Shown one piece after another: positions 20,348 to 30,646 of a DNA stretch of 64,000 nucleotides; position 1 is the first letter of the stretch; every line of letters starts with the position of its first letter. The notes beneath the pieces were generated by a model that was not told where the DNA came from, did not search any database, and saw nothing but the letters and a program-made list of their open reading frames with translations. Source of the stretch: Nitrospiraceae bacterium (GTDB lineage: Bacteria; Nitrospirota; Nitrospiria; Nitrospirales; Nitrospiraceae); contig JBBIQV010000001.1 of the NCBI GenBank assembly GCA_037442105.1, positions 62,001 to 126,000 of the forward strand, read 5' to 3'. The position numbers were made by a program, and so were the translations under genes.

Positions 20348-20830
20348 TCACCACACCTCGGAGGGAGCGCGGTGGAACTCCGCCACCGTCGGAAAGACGA
20401 GCGCGGCAAAATCCATGTATCGCATCCGGATCGCCTCGGAATGGGTCCCCGCTTGAAAGGTGATTTCCTCATCTTCCGTGAGCGACCGATCGACGTATAC
20501 GGAGAGCCCGTAAAGGATACCGAACGGGGGCATTGCGCCCAGATCGCAATCCGGAAAGAGATCTTTGATCTCATCCTCAGTCGCCAAGCGTACATGGTTG
20601 GTCAGAAAAACGTCTCTCAGCCGGTGGAGGTCCACGTTCCAACTGGCTGGAAGGACCGTCATGACGACACGCTCCTCGACCTTCACGATCACGACCTTGG
20701 CCATCTCCTTCTCCGGGGTATGGAGGGCTTGCGCGATCGCGGCGGCGCGGAAGGCCTCCGGGTGAGGCAGGACATCGTAGTGCACATGTTCACGATCGAG
20801 ATACTCTTTGAGTTTTCGTGAGATGGACAT
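20348..20830 (-). CDS. YbaK/aminoacyl-tRNA deacylase family protein
   Basis: AKVVIVK, FPDCDLGAMPPFG, FQAGTH. Confidence 0.9.
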   Translation of the reverse strand: MSISRKLKEYLDREHVHYDVLPHPEAFRAAAIAQALHTPEKEMAKVVIVKVEERVVMTVLPASWNVDLHRLRDVFLTNHVRLATEDEIKDLFPDCDLGAMPPFGILYGLSVYVDRSLTEDEEITFQAGTHSEAIRMRYMDFAALVFPTVAEFHRAPSEVW

Positions 20831-20908
20831 GGCTGCACCTCCTCTTCCTATCGGATGCTTATCAGACAGTCGGTCACACTGTCGACTCGTGAGTTCTGAG
20901 TCTTAGTC

Positions 20909-21096
20909 TAGGAGCCTGTCCGACATTGACCGTTCTACTGCGGCGAACGATCCGCGGCCATCTGCGTCGTTCTCGGCCCCGAAAAATCCTCAATGTATTC
21001 CAGCGAATACACCTCCGGTTTTTCGCGGCCTGCGGCCTCGCATCTGGCCCGCACCTCATTCGCCTCGTCACGAAGGCAATGTCGGACAGGCTCCCA
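20909..21096. mobile_element. 188-bp MITE-like element, copy 2, opposite orientation
   Basis: Same terminal repeats; interior is a diverged reverse complement of 16821..17008. Confidence 0.85.
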
Positions 21097-21340
21097 GAAG
21101 AAGCGTTTATGACGCACAAACTCGCAGCTCAAAACTTAACTGAATATTATAATACTGCTTATGACCGGTCGCAGCCCTGAAGAGGGACCGGCGCGGGTTC
21201 CCACCGGCTTGACAGGTTCCATCCGCCTTCTTAGACTCGTGGGCCTCCGTTCGGCAACCCGGTGAGTACGCCCGTCGCAACGGTGTACCGGGTTGACACG
21301 CTCATCTTCACGCTTCGCATTCAACCGCCGGGTTGGTCCC

Positions 21341-23749
21341 ATGTACGACCTCAGATCATTTTCTCTCCGCGAGATGACCGAATGCTGCGCCGCGTTCCGT
21401 AACTTGGGCGAAGGGGCGACCAACGTGCAGGAGGTCGCGGACCGCATGGTGCGCTATCTGTACAAACATTTCGGCGACCAGGAGAGTGGATCGACGTCTC
21501 TTGCGCTCGTGCGGTTCTTTCACACGCTGCCCTTTGGCGACCTCGATGCTACTTGCCGGCGTCTCGTGCGCGAGGCACTGGGCGGGGGACCTGTGTCGCC
21601 GGCGATGAAATGTTTGACCCTGCTGGGAACCGCCGGGGATCAACCGGACTGGAACGTGAAGGAACGCTCGCGACGATACCGCGCCTTTCCGCTGGCCAGT
21701 GAGGAGTTTGTCGCCCGGTTTCCCATGTTCTCGCAGCTCCTCAAACAATTCGGCGTGAAGCTGCCCGGCGTCGTCCAAGCGGGATCACATCTCTTAGTCG
21801 ATGTCGATGAGACGGCCTTCAACGTCTTTTATGTGCCCGACGCGGCCGGCAGTCCCTCTGTGCTGAGACAGGACGACTTCGTCATCCCGTACGGCATCAA
21901 GTCCGTACTGGGATTCGGCGGCCTCTTTCCCTCGAAAGAGTTTTTCGCCGTCATTCTATTCTCGAAGGTGCCCATCCCCCATGAGACGGCGGAGCTGTTC
22001 AAGACGTTGGCGCTCGCCACCAAGCTCGCCGTCCTGCCCTTCGATGCGCGGCGAGCGTCCGAGAAGAGTCCGGGGAGGATTCGCGCGACGAGGGCACCTC
22101 GCCGTGGGGTGAAGGCTGAGCGTGAAAGAGCCGACAATATCGTGTTGCACCGTCTGTTGGACGCGTACGAACAGGCCGTCTGCAAGCAATCCGAGAAATT
22201 CGAGATCGCGATGGAGAAGCTCCGGCGTAGCGCCGCGTCGCTCGATCGGTCCGACGAGGCTTTGCGCACGCAAACTCGGCTGTTGCATGCCATCGTCCGC
22301 TGCATGGGCGAGGGCGTGGTGGTGATCGATCGAGAAGGGATGCCCGTGTTGTTCAACCCGGTGGCCGAACGGATCCTCGGCCTTCCTCCGACGGGGTGCT
22401 CGCTGGAGGATTGGATGAAGCGAGTGGGCCTGGAAGTGCCGGGCCTCATTGCGCCTTCGTTGAAAACGGACGTGCCCGTGCTGGACGTGCTCCGGGGAGG
22501 CGCAGTCAACAACGTGGAGCTGCTGATCCGCCGTTCAGGGAGCCAGGAGGGCACCTGGCTGGATGTAAGCGCGAGGACATTGAAAGATGAAACCGGCACG
22601 GCGCTGGGGAGCGTGCTCGTGTTTCACGACCTCACCCGCCGCAAGCTCGTTGAGGAGGCCTTGCGGGCGAGCGAGGAGCGGTACCGGATGTTGATCGAAC
22701 AGGCGCCCGTCGTGAGTTGGACCGCGGACGAACACGGTCGCACCTCTTATATCAGCCCCAATGTGACCGCCGTGTACGGCTATACGCCGGAAGAAATCTG
22801 TGAAGGGGAAGCGGCTCTGTGGCTCGATCGGATCCATCCGGAGGACACCGACAGGGTCAGAAACGCCTATGCCGCGCTCTTCACCACCCACTCGTTTGAG
22901 ATCGAGTACCGGATACGGCGAAAAGACGGACAGTGGATATGGGCGCATGATCGGGCGATAGCAACGTTCGAAAAAGACGGGGTTCGGTGGGCACAGGGCG
23001 TGTTGTTAGACATCACCGACCTGAAGCAAGTGGAAGAACAATTGCAGCTCGCCTTGGATCGGTTGCGCACGTTTTCCACGCGTCTGGAAACCGTGCGAGA
23101 GGAGGAACGGGCTCGCATCGCCCGTGAATTGCATGATGAACTGGGAGTGGCGTTGACCTGCATCAAAATCGATCTGTCACGGCTGAACACGATGATAGAG
23201 CGCGCCCCCGTCACCTCGGACCGCGCTCAGCTACAGAGCAGGATCCGGTCGATGGTGGAATTCATCGACAAGACAATTCCTGCCGTTCAGAGGATCGTCA
23301 CCCAATTGCGGCCCAGCGTGTTGGACGATTTGGGGCTGGTCGCCGCCATTGAGTGGCAATGCCGGGATTTTCAGAAGCACACCGGAATCGCCTGCGCTTG
23401 CACTGCCTCCACCGAGGACATTCGGCTCGACCCGGCTCCGGCGACCGCGGTATTCCGCATTTGCCAGGAGGCGCTCACGAACGTGGCGCGCCACGCCTCT
23501 GCAACCACCGTGACCGTCAGCTTAGAGGACAAACCCGGTCATCTCGTGCTGACGGTGCAAGACAACGGCGTGGGCATTCCGGAAGAGAAGGTCACCGATC
23601 CCCAATCGCTCGGGCTACTGGGGATACGGGAACGCGCCAGCCTGTTCGGAGGACGCCTGAGCATTAAAGGAAGCCCAGGCAAAGGAACGACGGTAACACT
23701 TTATTTACCGGAAGGACCCAAGGACATCCGCAAGGAGCCGTTGCGTTGA
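21341..23749 (+). CDS. PAS-domain sensor histidine kinase (HisKA_3/UhpB type)
   Basis: Two PAS domains, EERARIARELHDELG, QEALTNVARH, DNGVG, SLGLLGIRERA. Confidence 0.9.
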   Translation: MYDLRSFSLREMTECCAAFRNLGEGATNVQEVADRMVRYLYKHFGDQESGSTSLALVRFFHTLPFGDLDATCRRLVREALGGGPVSPAMKCLTLLGTAGDQPDWNVKERSRRYRAFPLASEEFVARFPMFSQLLKQFGVKLPGVVQAGSHLLVDVDETAFNVFYVPDAAGSPSVLRQDDFVIPYGIKSVLGFGGLFPSKEFFAVILFSKVPIPHETAELFKTLALATKLAVLPFDARRASEKSPGRIRATRAPRRGVKAERERADNIVLHRLLDAYEQAVCKQSEKFEIAMEKLRRSAASLDRSDEALRTQTRLLHAIVRCMGEGVVVIDREGMPVLFNPVAERILGLPPTGCSLEDWMKRVGLEVPGLIAPSLKTDVPVLDVLRGGAVNNVELLIRRSGSQEGTWLDVSARTLKDETGTALGSVLVFHDLTRRKLVEEALRASEERYRMLIEQAPVVSWTADEHGRTSYISPNVTAVYGYTPEEICEGEAALWLDRIHPEDTDRVRNAYAALFTTHSFEIEYRIRRKDGQWIWAHDRAIATFEKDGVRWAQGVLLDITDLKQVEEQLQLALDRLRTFSTRLETVREEERARIARELHDELGVALTCIKIDLSRLNTMIERAPVTSDRAQLQSRIRSMVEFIDKTIPAVQRIVTQLRPSVLDDLGLVAAIEWQCRDFQKHTGIACACTASTEDIRLDPAPATAVFRICQEALTNVARHASATTVTVSLEDKPGHLVLTVQDNGVGIPEEKVTDPQSLGLLGIRERASLFGGRLSIKGSPGKGTTVTLYLPEGPKDIRKEPLR

Positions 23750-23950
23750 GCGTTCTCATTGCCGACTAGAACTTCCCTCGGGTCGTCGTACAAACCACGA
23801 CATTGCTCCCTCTAATCGTTCGACAGCAGAATCGAAACTCTGCGGATAGTCTTCCCTGGCCGCAGGCGGTATATGTGTCGCTATTCGATTCGGCGAGACC
23901 GGCCGAGAGGATATCCGATGCGACGGGCCATCGAAAAGCGGGAGGACATC

Positions 23951-24229
23951 ATGGGACCGGCTTATGAGATAGAGCATGCGCTTCTCTCTGATCTGGAACA
24001 AATCGGTCCGTCCTCCTTGGAAACCATGGTCCGCAGGCTTCCTTCGTATTCGTGGAGTCAGGTCTTTGCCGCGGTGGATCGGCTAAGCCGGGAGGGGCTC
24101 CTCACGCTCCAGCGTCCTACCCGGTTTGACTATCTCCTTTCAGTCCCCCCACGCCAACCGGGGGCAGTTCCAGACCCTCTGCCCAGCGAAGCAGAGGGTC
24201 GCAGGTCGTACCGTCTCACCGGATCGTAA
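23951..24229 (+). CDS. Small hypothetical protein, winged-helix-like
   Basis: GGAGG RBS; SWSQVFAAVDRLSREG. Confidence 0.6.
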   Translation: MGPAYEIEHALLSDLEQIGPSSLETMVRRLPSYSWSQVFAAVDRLSREGLLTLQRPTRFDYLLSVPPRQPGAVPDPLPSEAEGRRSYRLTGS

Positions 24230-24258
24230 CTGTCCGCACGGTCGAGGAGGAGCAGTCT

Positions 24259-24459
24259 GTGCCTTGTCATCGCTGCCGAGGGTTGATGCTTCCCGTCGAG
24301 TTACGTGATTGGGCCGGCGGCAAGGGCTATGACGGTTCAGAGGCGTTCCAATGTCTGTCGTGCGGAGAGACCATCGACCTGGTCATCCTCAGCAATCGTA
24401 TCAGAACGGCAGCGCAGCGCGTCGATGGACGGAAGCAGCATGCGCGGCATCCGGTTTGA
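24259..24459 (+). CDS. Small zinc-ribbon protein
   Basis: CHRC...CLSCG; GAGGAG RBS. Confidence 0.65.
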   Translation: MPCHRCRGLMLPVELRDWAGGKGYDGSEAFQCLSCGETIDLVILSNRIRTAAQRVDGRKQHARHPV

Positions 24460-24481
24460 GCGGTGCCGGCAGGATAAGGCG

Positions 24482-24910
24482 GTGAACAGACAAGGGAGGG
24501 CATCAAACGTGTTTACAGATCTCTTTCATTCAAGTCCGATCCCTTTATCAGCCGAGGGCCGCTGCGCCGGTTCAGGCGTGATCGTCCTGACGTCTTCGAT
24601 GCGAGTACTGCACGTGAATCAACAAGCAGTAGAGGTCGCCAAATACCTCCCTCAAGAAGAGAGCGAGGTGGCGAATCAGAATCCATGGCGCGGTCTGTTC
24701 CCCCGCACGGTAGCTGAGTTTGGGGCCGAACTTGTGCGAGCCCTGAAGAAATGTATGGAAGGAAAGGACAAGAAACAGTTTGAAGTCACACGTCTGGCCG
24801 GTGACGGAAGAAGATCGGTGCGCTTGCGCGGATTCGTGTTGCCTGATGCCCGTGGAATAGAACAGTCACGTTTGGTTATTACGCTGGAAGAGATCGGCAG
24901 CCGGCTGTGA
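24482..24910 (+). CDS. Hypothetical PAS-like protein (start uncertain)
   Basis: GVIVLTSSMRVLHVNQQA; coupled to next gene by GTGA. Confidence 0.55.
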   Translation: MNRQGRASNVFTDLFHSSPIPLSAEGRCAGSGVIVLTSSMRVLHVNQQAVEVAKYLPQEESEVANQNPWRGLFPRTVAEFGAELVRALKKCMEGKDKKQFEVTRLAGDGRRSVRLRGFVLPDARGIEQSRLVITLEEIGSRL

Positions 24911-25215
24911 AGAAGATGGTCATGATTGTATTTCGGCATTCTCTGAATGAAGAGATCCATGCTCTCTTGAACGAACTGGGTGTCAAAGGCTTTAGTGAGG
25001 CCCCCAAAATGTTGGGCGTTGGTGAGACCGGCAAGGCCTTCGGTTCCTTTCACGAAGGAGGACTCAACTCCATGATCCTGGCATCCATGGAGGAGTCTCA
25101 GGCCGCCGCAGTCACCGAGAAACTGAAACAGTTTCGAGATGATCTCGCGCAGGAGAGCCATGGAATCAAGATCCCCTTGAAGGTTTTCATTCTCCCGTGT
25201 GAAGAAGCGCTCTAG
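24907..25215 (+). CDS. P-II-like (PG0541-type) protein
   Basis: About 100 aa, GVKGFSE...GVGETG, FILPCEE. Confidence 0.7.
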   Translation: MKKMVMIVFRHSLNEEIHALLNELGVKGFSEAPKMLGVGETGKAFGSFHEGGLNSMILASMEESQAAAVTEKLKQFRDDLAQESHGIKIPLKVFILPCEEAL

Positions 25216-25221
25216 CGGGGT

Positions 25222-26091
25222 TTATCGGCGCTTGGGGAACTGAAGGAACCAGCGGAGCAACGCATCCTGCATTCGGTCCGGCAGGCACGCGGCGAGGACG
25301 GCGCGGAATTTCGCGTCAGCGCCGATCAGGTAGTGGGTCCTGGGGCGAACGGCGGTCAATGCATGCTCAACAGCTCGAACCACGGCCCCGGGCGGTATGG
25401 CGCGTCGCTCCGCTTCAGCCACCACCTTGCGGACGCACGCAAGGTGCTCCGTATAAAGAGACAGCCGTTCATGGCCGACCTTGGCCTGGAGTTGATCGGC
25501 AGCCTTGGTCGATTTCTCCCAGATCGGTGTCGCAATCGCGCCCGGCTCGATGATCGACACCTCGATCCCCCAAGCATCGAGCTCCAGACGGAGAGCGGTG
25601 GTCATTGCTTCCAGAGCAAATTTGGACATCGAGTAGGAACCGAGACACGGCATCGTCGCCCGCCCGGCAATCGAACCCATATTCACGATGCGCCCACGCC
25701 CTCGGCGAAGCAGCGGGAGAAAGGCCTGCGTCACGGCCACGTGACCGATCACGTTCACTTCCAGTTGGCGACGGAGTTCGTCCAGCGGTAACACCTCGAG
25801 CGGGCCACCGACTGCAATGCCGGCATTGTTTACGAGACCGGCCAATCCTTGGTCTCCGACAGCGCCGGCCACTTCCCGGCTTGCCGAGTCAATCGAGCAC
25901 TGGTCCGTGACATCCAGCAGAACAGGGGTAATGGATGCGCTCTTCGCCTGAAGCGCCTCCCCATCGGCAGAGCGCCTGACTCCTGCAAAGACACGGAAAC
26001 CACGACCGGCCAAATGCACGGCGCATGCGGCGCCGATCCCGGTCGATGCTCCGGTGATGACAACCCCGTTTGGCTTGATCGTCGAAGCCAT
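25222..26091 (-). CDS. SDR family oxidoreductase
   Basis: TGASTGIG, NNAG, YSMSK. Confidence 0.92.
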   Translation of the reverse strand: MASTIKPNGVVITGASTGIGAACAVHLAGRGFRVFAGVRRSADGEALQAKSASITPVLLDVTDQCSIDSASREVAGAVGDQGLAGLVNNAGIAVGGPLEVLPLDELRRQLEVNVIGHVAVTQAFLPLLRRGRGRIVNMGSIAGRATMPCLGSYSMSKFALEAMTTALRLELDAWGIEVSIIEPGAIATPIWEKSTKAADQLQAKVGHERLSLYTEHLACVRKVVAEAERRAIPPGAVVRAVEHALTAVRPRTHYLIGADAKFRAVLAACLPDRMQDALLRWFLQFPKRR

Positions 26092-26119
26092 GCAGAAGGG
26101 GGGACAGGCTCCTAGCCCG

Positions 26120-27040
26120 TTAGCGGATCGAGGGGGGAGAATCGCTGCTTTCTTTCACATCGCGCGCGCAGCGGAAGCCGAGCCAGTTCATCTTGGTGTT
26201 GGGATCGGTGCCGTTCCGTTGCGCGGCGCGCACGCTGGGCGTGCTGTCGATCCAGCCTCCGCCTCGGAAGCTCTTCTGCGTGCCCTTCTCCGGTCCCTTG
26301 GGATTTTTCTCAGGCGCCGTCGCGTAATACTTGGGCTCGTACCAGTCCGCGATCCATTCCGCCACATTGCCCACCATCTGGAACACCCCGTATGGACTCG
26401 CAGCGTTCTCGTACTTGTCCACGGAAATGATGGGTGGATACAACAAGAGTCGCTCGGGGCGATCACGGACCGGTCCGGAGAGACCGCTTCGGCCATAATT
26501 CGCCCGCGAAAGTCCGGCCATCTGATTGCCCCAAGGATAGATCCGGCCGTCTTCGCCGCGCGCCGCCTTTTCCCATTCGGCTTCCGTCGGGAGCCGTTTG
26601 CCCGCCCATTTGCAGTAGGCGTCGGCGTCATACCACGACACGTGCATCACGGGATGGCTGGCCATCGTGTTCTGGAAATTGCCTCCGTCGTATTTCCAGT
26701 CCACGAGCGGAGGACGATCCGTCGCCAGGATGAACTTCAGGTACTGCACGGTCGTGACTTCGTATTTGTCGATCTCGTACGCGTCCAGAAAGACTTTTCG
26801 CTGGGGAAACTCCGGCAGATAGGCGTTGCGGTCCACCTTTTTGTCGCTGCCCATAATGAACCAGCCCGCCGGAACCTGCACCATCTCGTCGTGCGCCGGC
26901 AGCTTCGCCCGTTCCGCCGCAAGCTTCTTTCCTTCCGCCGTCCACTCGGGCGTCACGTCTGCCACATCCAGAGCCCACCCACTGCCGATGCTTCCCACGC
27001 TTATCAGCATGACCCATAGCAAGGTACTTCTGATTTTCAC
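26120..27040 (-). CDS. FGE-sulfatase (SUMF1) domain exported protein
   Basis: RLPTEAEWEKAARG, GNVAEW, GFRCA. Confidence 0.9.
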   Translation of the reverse strand: MKIRSTLLWVMLISVGSIGSGWALDVADVTPEWTAEGKKLAAERAKLPAHDEMVQVPAGWFIMGSDKKVDRNAYLPEFPQRKVFLDAYEIDKYEVTTVQYLKFILATDRPPLVDWKYDGGNFQNTMASHPVMHVSWYDADAYCKWAGKRLPTEAEWEKAARGEDGRIYPWGNQMAGLSRANYGRSGLSGPVRDRPERLLLYPPIISVDKYENAASPYGVFQMVGNVAEWIADWYEPKYYATAPEKNPKGPEKGTQKSFRGGGWIDSTPSVRAAQRNGTDPNTKMNWLGFRCARDVKESSDSPPSIR

Positions 27041-27063
27041 TTCCACTCCTCTTTTCGCAGATT

Positions 27064-27134
27064 CGTCAAGCGTCACTCGTCATCCGTCAACCGCTGGAGA
27101 TCTCGATTGACGAGTGACGGTTGACGACAGACGA
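27064..27134. repeat. Heptad-repeat inverted-arm element (CGTCANN), empty
   Basis: cgtcaag-cgtcact-cgtcatc-cgtcaac ... ttgacga-gtgacgg-ttgacga-cagacga. Confidence 0.8.
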
Positions 27135-27135
27135 C

Positions 27136-27729
27136 CTACATCGCCTGTTCTTTCGGTTCTTCCTTCTCCGGCTGATCGAACTCTTCCAGCGGCTGGAAAT
27201 TGACCGGCAACTGGAACAAATAGTCGGATACGGACCTCAGCTTCACGTGGTGATATTCGACGATCCAGCTCCCATCCTTCCTGGCCAGCTTCATCGGAAA
27301 CTTGATGTCCGTCGCGAACCACTGGTAGTAGACGTCGGTCCGATCGCCCTGCTTGGTCGTCACTTCGTACAAGATCGTCGGGTGCCCCTCGCGCATCTCT
27401 GTCCCGATCTCCTCGCGTGAGACCTCTCCCTCCAGATGCTCGAACACCTTGAGATCTTGTTCGGCATCGTAAGGAACGGTCTTGAAATGTTTCATGCGCG
27501 AGAGCAACAGCCAGACCACCTGTTTGTCCTTGCGGACGATGCTCACATTGACCGGCCCCAGGCTGTGATGCTCGATCCGCCACATCTCGTCACGATAATA
27601 AATATTGGCCTTGCGGATGTGGCCGCCGACTTTAGTAATCTGGTCGGCCGTGAACTCCAATGCCCAGGCGTGAAGGCCCGGCAGGAGCCCACTCGCAACG
27701 AGCAACGCGATAACCAACCGATAGCGCAT
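27136..27729 (-). CDS. Exported DUF4412-like protein
   Basis: Signal peptide, EFTADQ, SIVRKDK, LFQLP. Confidence 0.7.
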   Translation of the reverse strand: MRYRLVIALLVASGLLPGLHAWALEFTADQITKVGGHIRKANIYYRDEMWRIEHHSLGPVNVSIVRKDKQVVWLLLSRMKHFKTVPYDAEQDLKVFEHLEGEVSREEIGTEMREGHPTILYEVTTKQGDRTDVYYQWFATDIKFPMKLARKDGSWIVEYHHVKLRSVSDYLFQLPVNFQPLEEFDQPEKEEPKEQAM

Positions 27730-27754
27730 AGGCGCGCATCCTACCATAGTTTAA

Positions 27755-27816
27755 ATAGCCGGTAGCGAAGAGCGAGCAGCAAACAGCCGGCGTGAGCTGT
27801 GCGCTATTCGCTATCC
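27755..27816. repeat. Heptad-repeat inverted-arm element (TAGC/GCTA type), empty
   Basis: atagccg-gtagcga-agagcga-gcagcaa-acagccg ... gctgtgc-gctattc-gctatcc; contains adh stop codon. Confidence 0.7.
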
Positions 27817-28812
27817 TACCACCAGCACGCCTGCTCCGCTGAACGAGCCGGCCTTCAGCGCTTGCAAGGCTTGGTTGGCCTCGTCCAAGCGGAACCGCCT
27901 CGTATGAGGACGGATGGGAATGGCCGCGGCCTCGCGCAACAGATCTATACCGTCCTGCCTCGTATTCGCCGTCACGCTGCGGATGACCCGCTCACCAAAC
28001 ACCTCCCGGTCATAGTCAAGCGACGGAATCGGCGACATGTGAATCCCGGCCAGCGCCAGCGTACCGCCACGTTCCAACGCCCGCAGCGCCGGAGGGACCA
28101 ATTCTCCCGCGGGCGCAAAGATGATCGCACCATGAAGTTTGTCCGGCGGCATGTCCATTGCGGCTCCCGTCCAGACTGCGCCAAGCTCGCGCGCCAACCT
28201 GCGGTGCTCTTCTTTCAACGAACAGACATACACCGCACAGCCCCAGTGGCGTGCAACCTGGATCGCAATGTGTGCCGAGGCTCCGAACCCGTACAGACCC
28301 AGCCTTTGGCCCGGCTTGATCCCGCTCAACCGCAACGCACGGTAGCCGATGATCCCGGCACAGAGCAGTGGAGCCGCTTCGTCATCGCTAAACAGGGGCG
28401 GGATCGGATAAGCAAACCGCGCCGGCACCACCGCATACTCTGCATACCCGCCGTCCACCTGATACCCGGTAAACCGGGCCGCTGCGCACAAATTCTCTCG
28501 TCCGCTCCGACAGAACTCGCAGAACCCGCAGGTTCCCTGCAACCATGCGATCCCGACGCGCTCCCCGACCATCACACCTAACACGCCCTCGCCAAGACGT
28601 TCCACTGTTCCCACGACTTGATGACCAGGGATGATCGGTAGTTTGGTTTCCGGCAGCTCGCCCTCCACCACATGCAGATCCGTCCGGCACATACCGCATA
28701 CATGTACACGGACCAGCACACAGCCTGGCCCCGGGTCCGGCTGCTCGACCTCCCGAAGGACGAGCGGGTTTTCGGCGACATCTTGCGTGTGATCCAACAC
28801 CATTGCCTTCAT
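27811..28812 (-). CDS. Zinc-dependent alcohol dehydrogenase family protein
   Basis: CRTDLH, GHQVVG, CGFCEFC...C, CAGIIGY, GFGASA. Confidence 0.92.
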   Translation of the reverse strand: MKAMVLDHTQDVAENPLVLREVEQPDPGPGCVLVRVHVCGMCRTDLHVVEGELPETKLPIIPGHQVVGTVERLGEGVLGVMVGERVGIAWLQGTCGFCEFCRSGRENLCAAARFTGYQVDGGYAEYAVVPARFAYPIPPLFSDDEAAPLLCAGIIGYRALRLSGIKPGQRLGLYGFGASAHIAIQVARHWGCAVYVCSLKEEHRRLARELGAVWTGAAMDMPPDKLHGAIIFAPAGELVPPALRALERGGTLALAGIHMSPIPSLDYDREVFGERVIRSVTANTRQDGIDLLREAAAIPIRPHTRRFRLDEANQALQALKAGSFSGAGVLVVG

Positions 28813-28920
28813 GGGACCCATCGGTTTTGACGCTGAGGATGAGGAGCGGTGTTATCGGCGTGAGTACCCACGAGCGGCTACGTCGGCTGGAACCCCATCC
28901 TTTGAGGACAGCCGGGCAGG

Positions 28921-29532
28921 TTATTGCTTAGCCTTGATGCACTCGATATCGAGCTTGATGAACACCTCGTCCCCAACAACGAGACCGCCGCTGTCCAGCG
29001 TCTTATTCCACACCATGCCGAACTCTTTGCGGTTGATCTTGCCCTCCGCGGTGAACCCCGCCCTGGTATTGCTCCACGGATCCTTCGCCACACCGTTGAA
29101 ATTGCCCGCCAACTCGATCTCCTTCGTCACGCCGCGCAAGGTCAAATCGCCGATGGCTGCGTACCCGTCCCCCGCCTTGTGATAGCTTTTCAGCTTGTAG
29201 GTGATCGTCGGGAACTTCTCCGTGTCGAAGAAGTCGGCGCCCCGCAAGTGGCCGTCCCGCTTTTCGTGATTCGTACTCAGGGACGCCGTTTTGATGGTCG
29301 CCTCGATCGTCTTTACCGTCGCGGCCTCGGCATCCATTTCAATGAAGCCGGTGTAGTCGATGAACCGTCCCGTGGTCTTGGACACGACCATGTGAGCGAC
29401 ACGGAACTCGATGCTGGAATGATCGCGGTCGACGTCATAACGAGCCATCTCTGCCTGGACCGGCAGCGCAAGCGCCACCAACCAGGCCGTCAGTACTCCG
29501 ATGCGGAACGTGCGGGTGCGGGGATGCATCAT
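28921..29532 (-). CDS. YceI family protein
   Basis: HSSIEFRVAH, RDGHLRGADFFD, GDLTLRGVTK, INRKEFG. Confidence 0.92.
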   Translation of the reverse strand: MMHPRTRTFRIGVLTAWLVALALPVQAEMARYDVDRDHSSIEFRVAHMVVSKTTGRFIDYTGFIEMDAEAATVKTIEATIKTASLSTNHEKRDGHLRGADFFDTEKFPTITYKLKSYHKAGDGYAAIGDLTLRGVTKEIELAGNFNGVAKDPWSNTRAGFTAEGKINRKEFGMVWNKTLDSGGLVVGDEVFIKLDIECIKAKQ

Positions 29533-29558
29533 CGTCCTCTCCTCATACTGTCCATCGC

Positions 29559-30554
29559 TCACTTCTGTTGCACTGGCGCACTGGCCGAGGATTTGTCCTG
29601 TGGCTGGCCGGTCACCACTTGCGCATCGCGCAGCCCCGTCCGTAGACCGGTGCGCATACGAACATGCACGTCCACCGTCTCAGTCCCCAACTCGGCCGGG
29701 AACGGGGGGAACGGGTGCGCCTGGACTATCGCCTGGATTCCGGCTTCATCGACTTCACGGGCGCCGCTTCCTTTCTCCACTTCAATCAATTGAGCCCTGC
29801 CGCTTGGATAAAGCTTGAATCGCACCCGCACCGTTTCACGCACCGGGGCGCGCCGCACCGAGCGCACATGCCGGCCCCAGCTCCGGCTGATCAAGTGGCT
29901 CACCTGTTGCCAATACGGCTTGCCTTCGTTGGGCGCCGGCAAGGGCATCAGGTCTTCCTCTGCAATCAAAGCATTCGCCACCGGCTCGACGTCCGGCTGG
30001 ACTTCATCCGGCGTCGCGCCGCTCTCCGTCTTTTCCACAACGATAGAAGCCGGCACGTCCTGCCCCTCAGTCTGAGGATCGGGACGGCCGATCGTGACAT
30101 ACACCACGCGGGTCAGGATGCGATCAAGCTTCTGGTTCCGTTCCCGGGCAAAGGTCACGCGGATACGCACCGCCTTCGGTTGGATGGACGTCCGGCTCGC
30201 GGGATGGGGCGCCAGTGCAGCCATCCCCCGCCAAACCAAGGGAGTGGAATCCTGCGAGAGGTAGACCCGTTGAGACTGAAACGCGGCCGATTCGAACATG
30301 GCGATGATCGGATCGCCCCCCGCCGGCACCCCACCGAGCACGACAGCCAGCTCGATGGCTTTGCCTCGCGGCACAACGCCTTGGGCCGAGGAATTCTGCA
30401 AATCGAAGATCACCCAGCGCTTGGGAAGTACACGAGGCTGGAAGAATGCCGTCTGGTCCACCGCGAGCGCGACACTATCGATGGAGAGCACCACACCGGA
30501 GGCCACCATGAGAAGAAGAGCCGCCCGTCTCATGTGCCGCATTATCGACCGCAT
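29559..30554 (-). CDS. TonB C-terminal domain protein
   Basis: VRVRFKL..SG, SG..EVDEA, AHPFPPFP. Confidence 0.75.
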   Translation of the reverse strand: MRSIMRHMRRAALLLMVASGVVLSIDSVALAVDQTAFFQPRVLPKRWVIFDLQNSSAQGVVPRGKAIELAVVLGGVPAGGDPIIAMFESAAFQSQRVYLSQDSTPLVWRGMAALAPHPASRTSIQPKAVRIRVTFARERNQKLDRILTRVVYVTIGRPDPQTEGQDVPASIVVEKTESGATPDEVQPDVEPVANALIAEEDLMPLPAPNEGKPYWQQVSHLISRSWGRHVRSVRRAPVRETVRVRFKLYPSGRAQLIEVEKGSGAREVDEAGIQAIVQAHPFPPFPAELGTETVDVHVRMRTGLRTGLRDAQVVTGQPQDKSSASAPVQQK

Positions 30555-30646
30555 GGCCGAATCCTACCGAGGAGGCCGGTTCGGTGCAACCCGTTTTTTT
30601 CGCCACCACACTCGCGCTGCCGAACCAACTTGCTATAATGAGGAGC

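Noticed and set aside
16738..21180. Similar small ORFs 16738..17046 and 20874..21119
   Set aside because: They are translations of the two MITE copies, not independent genes.
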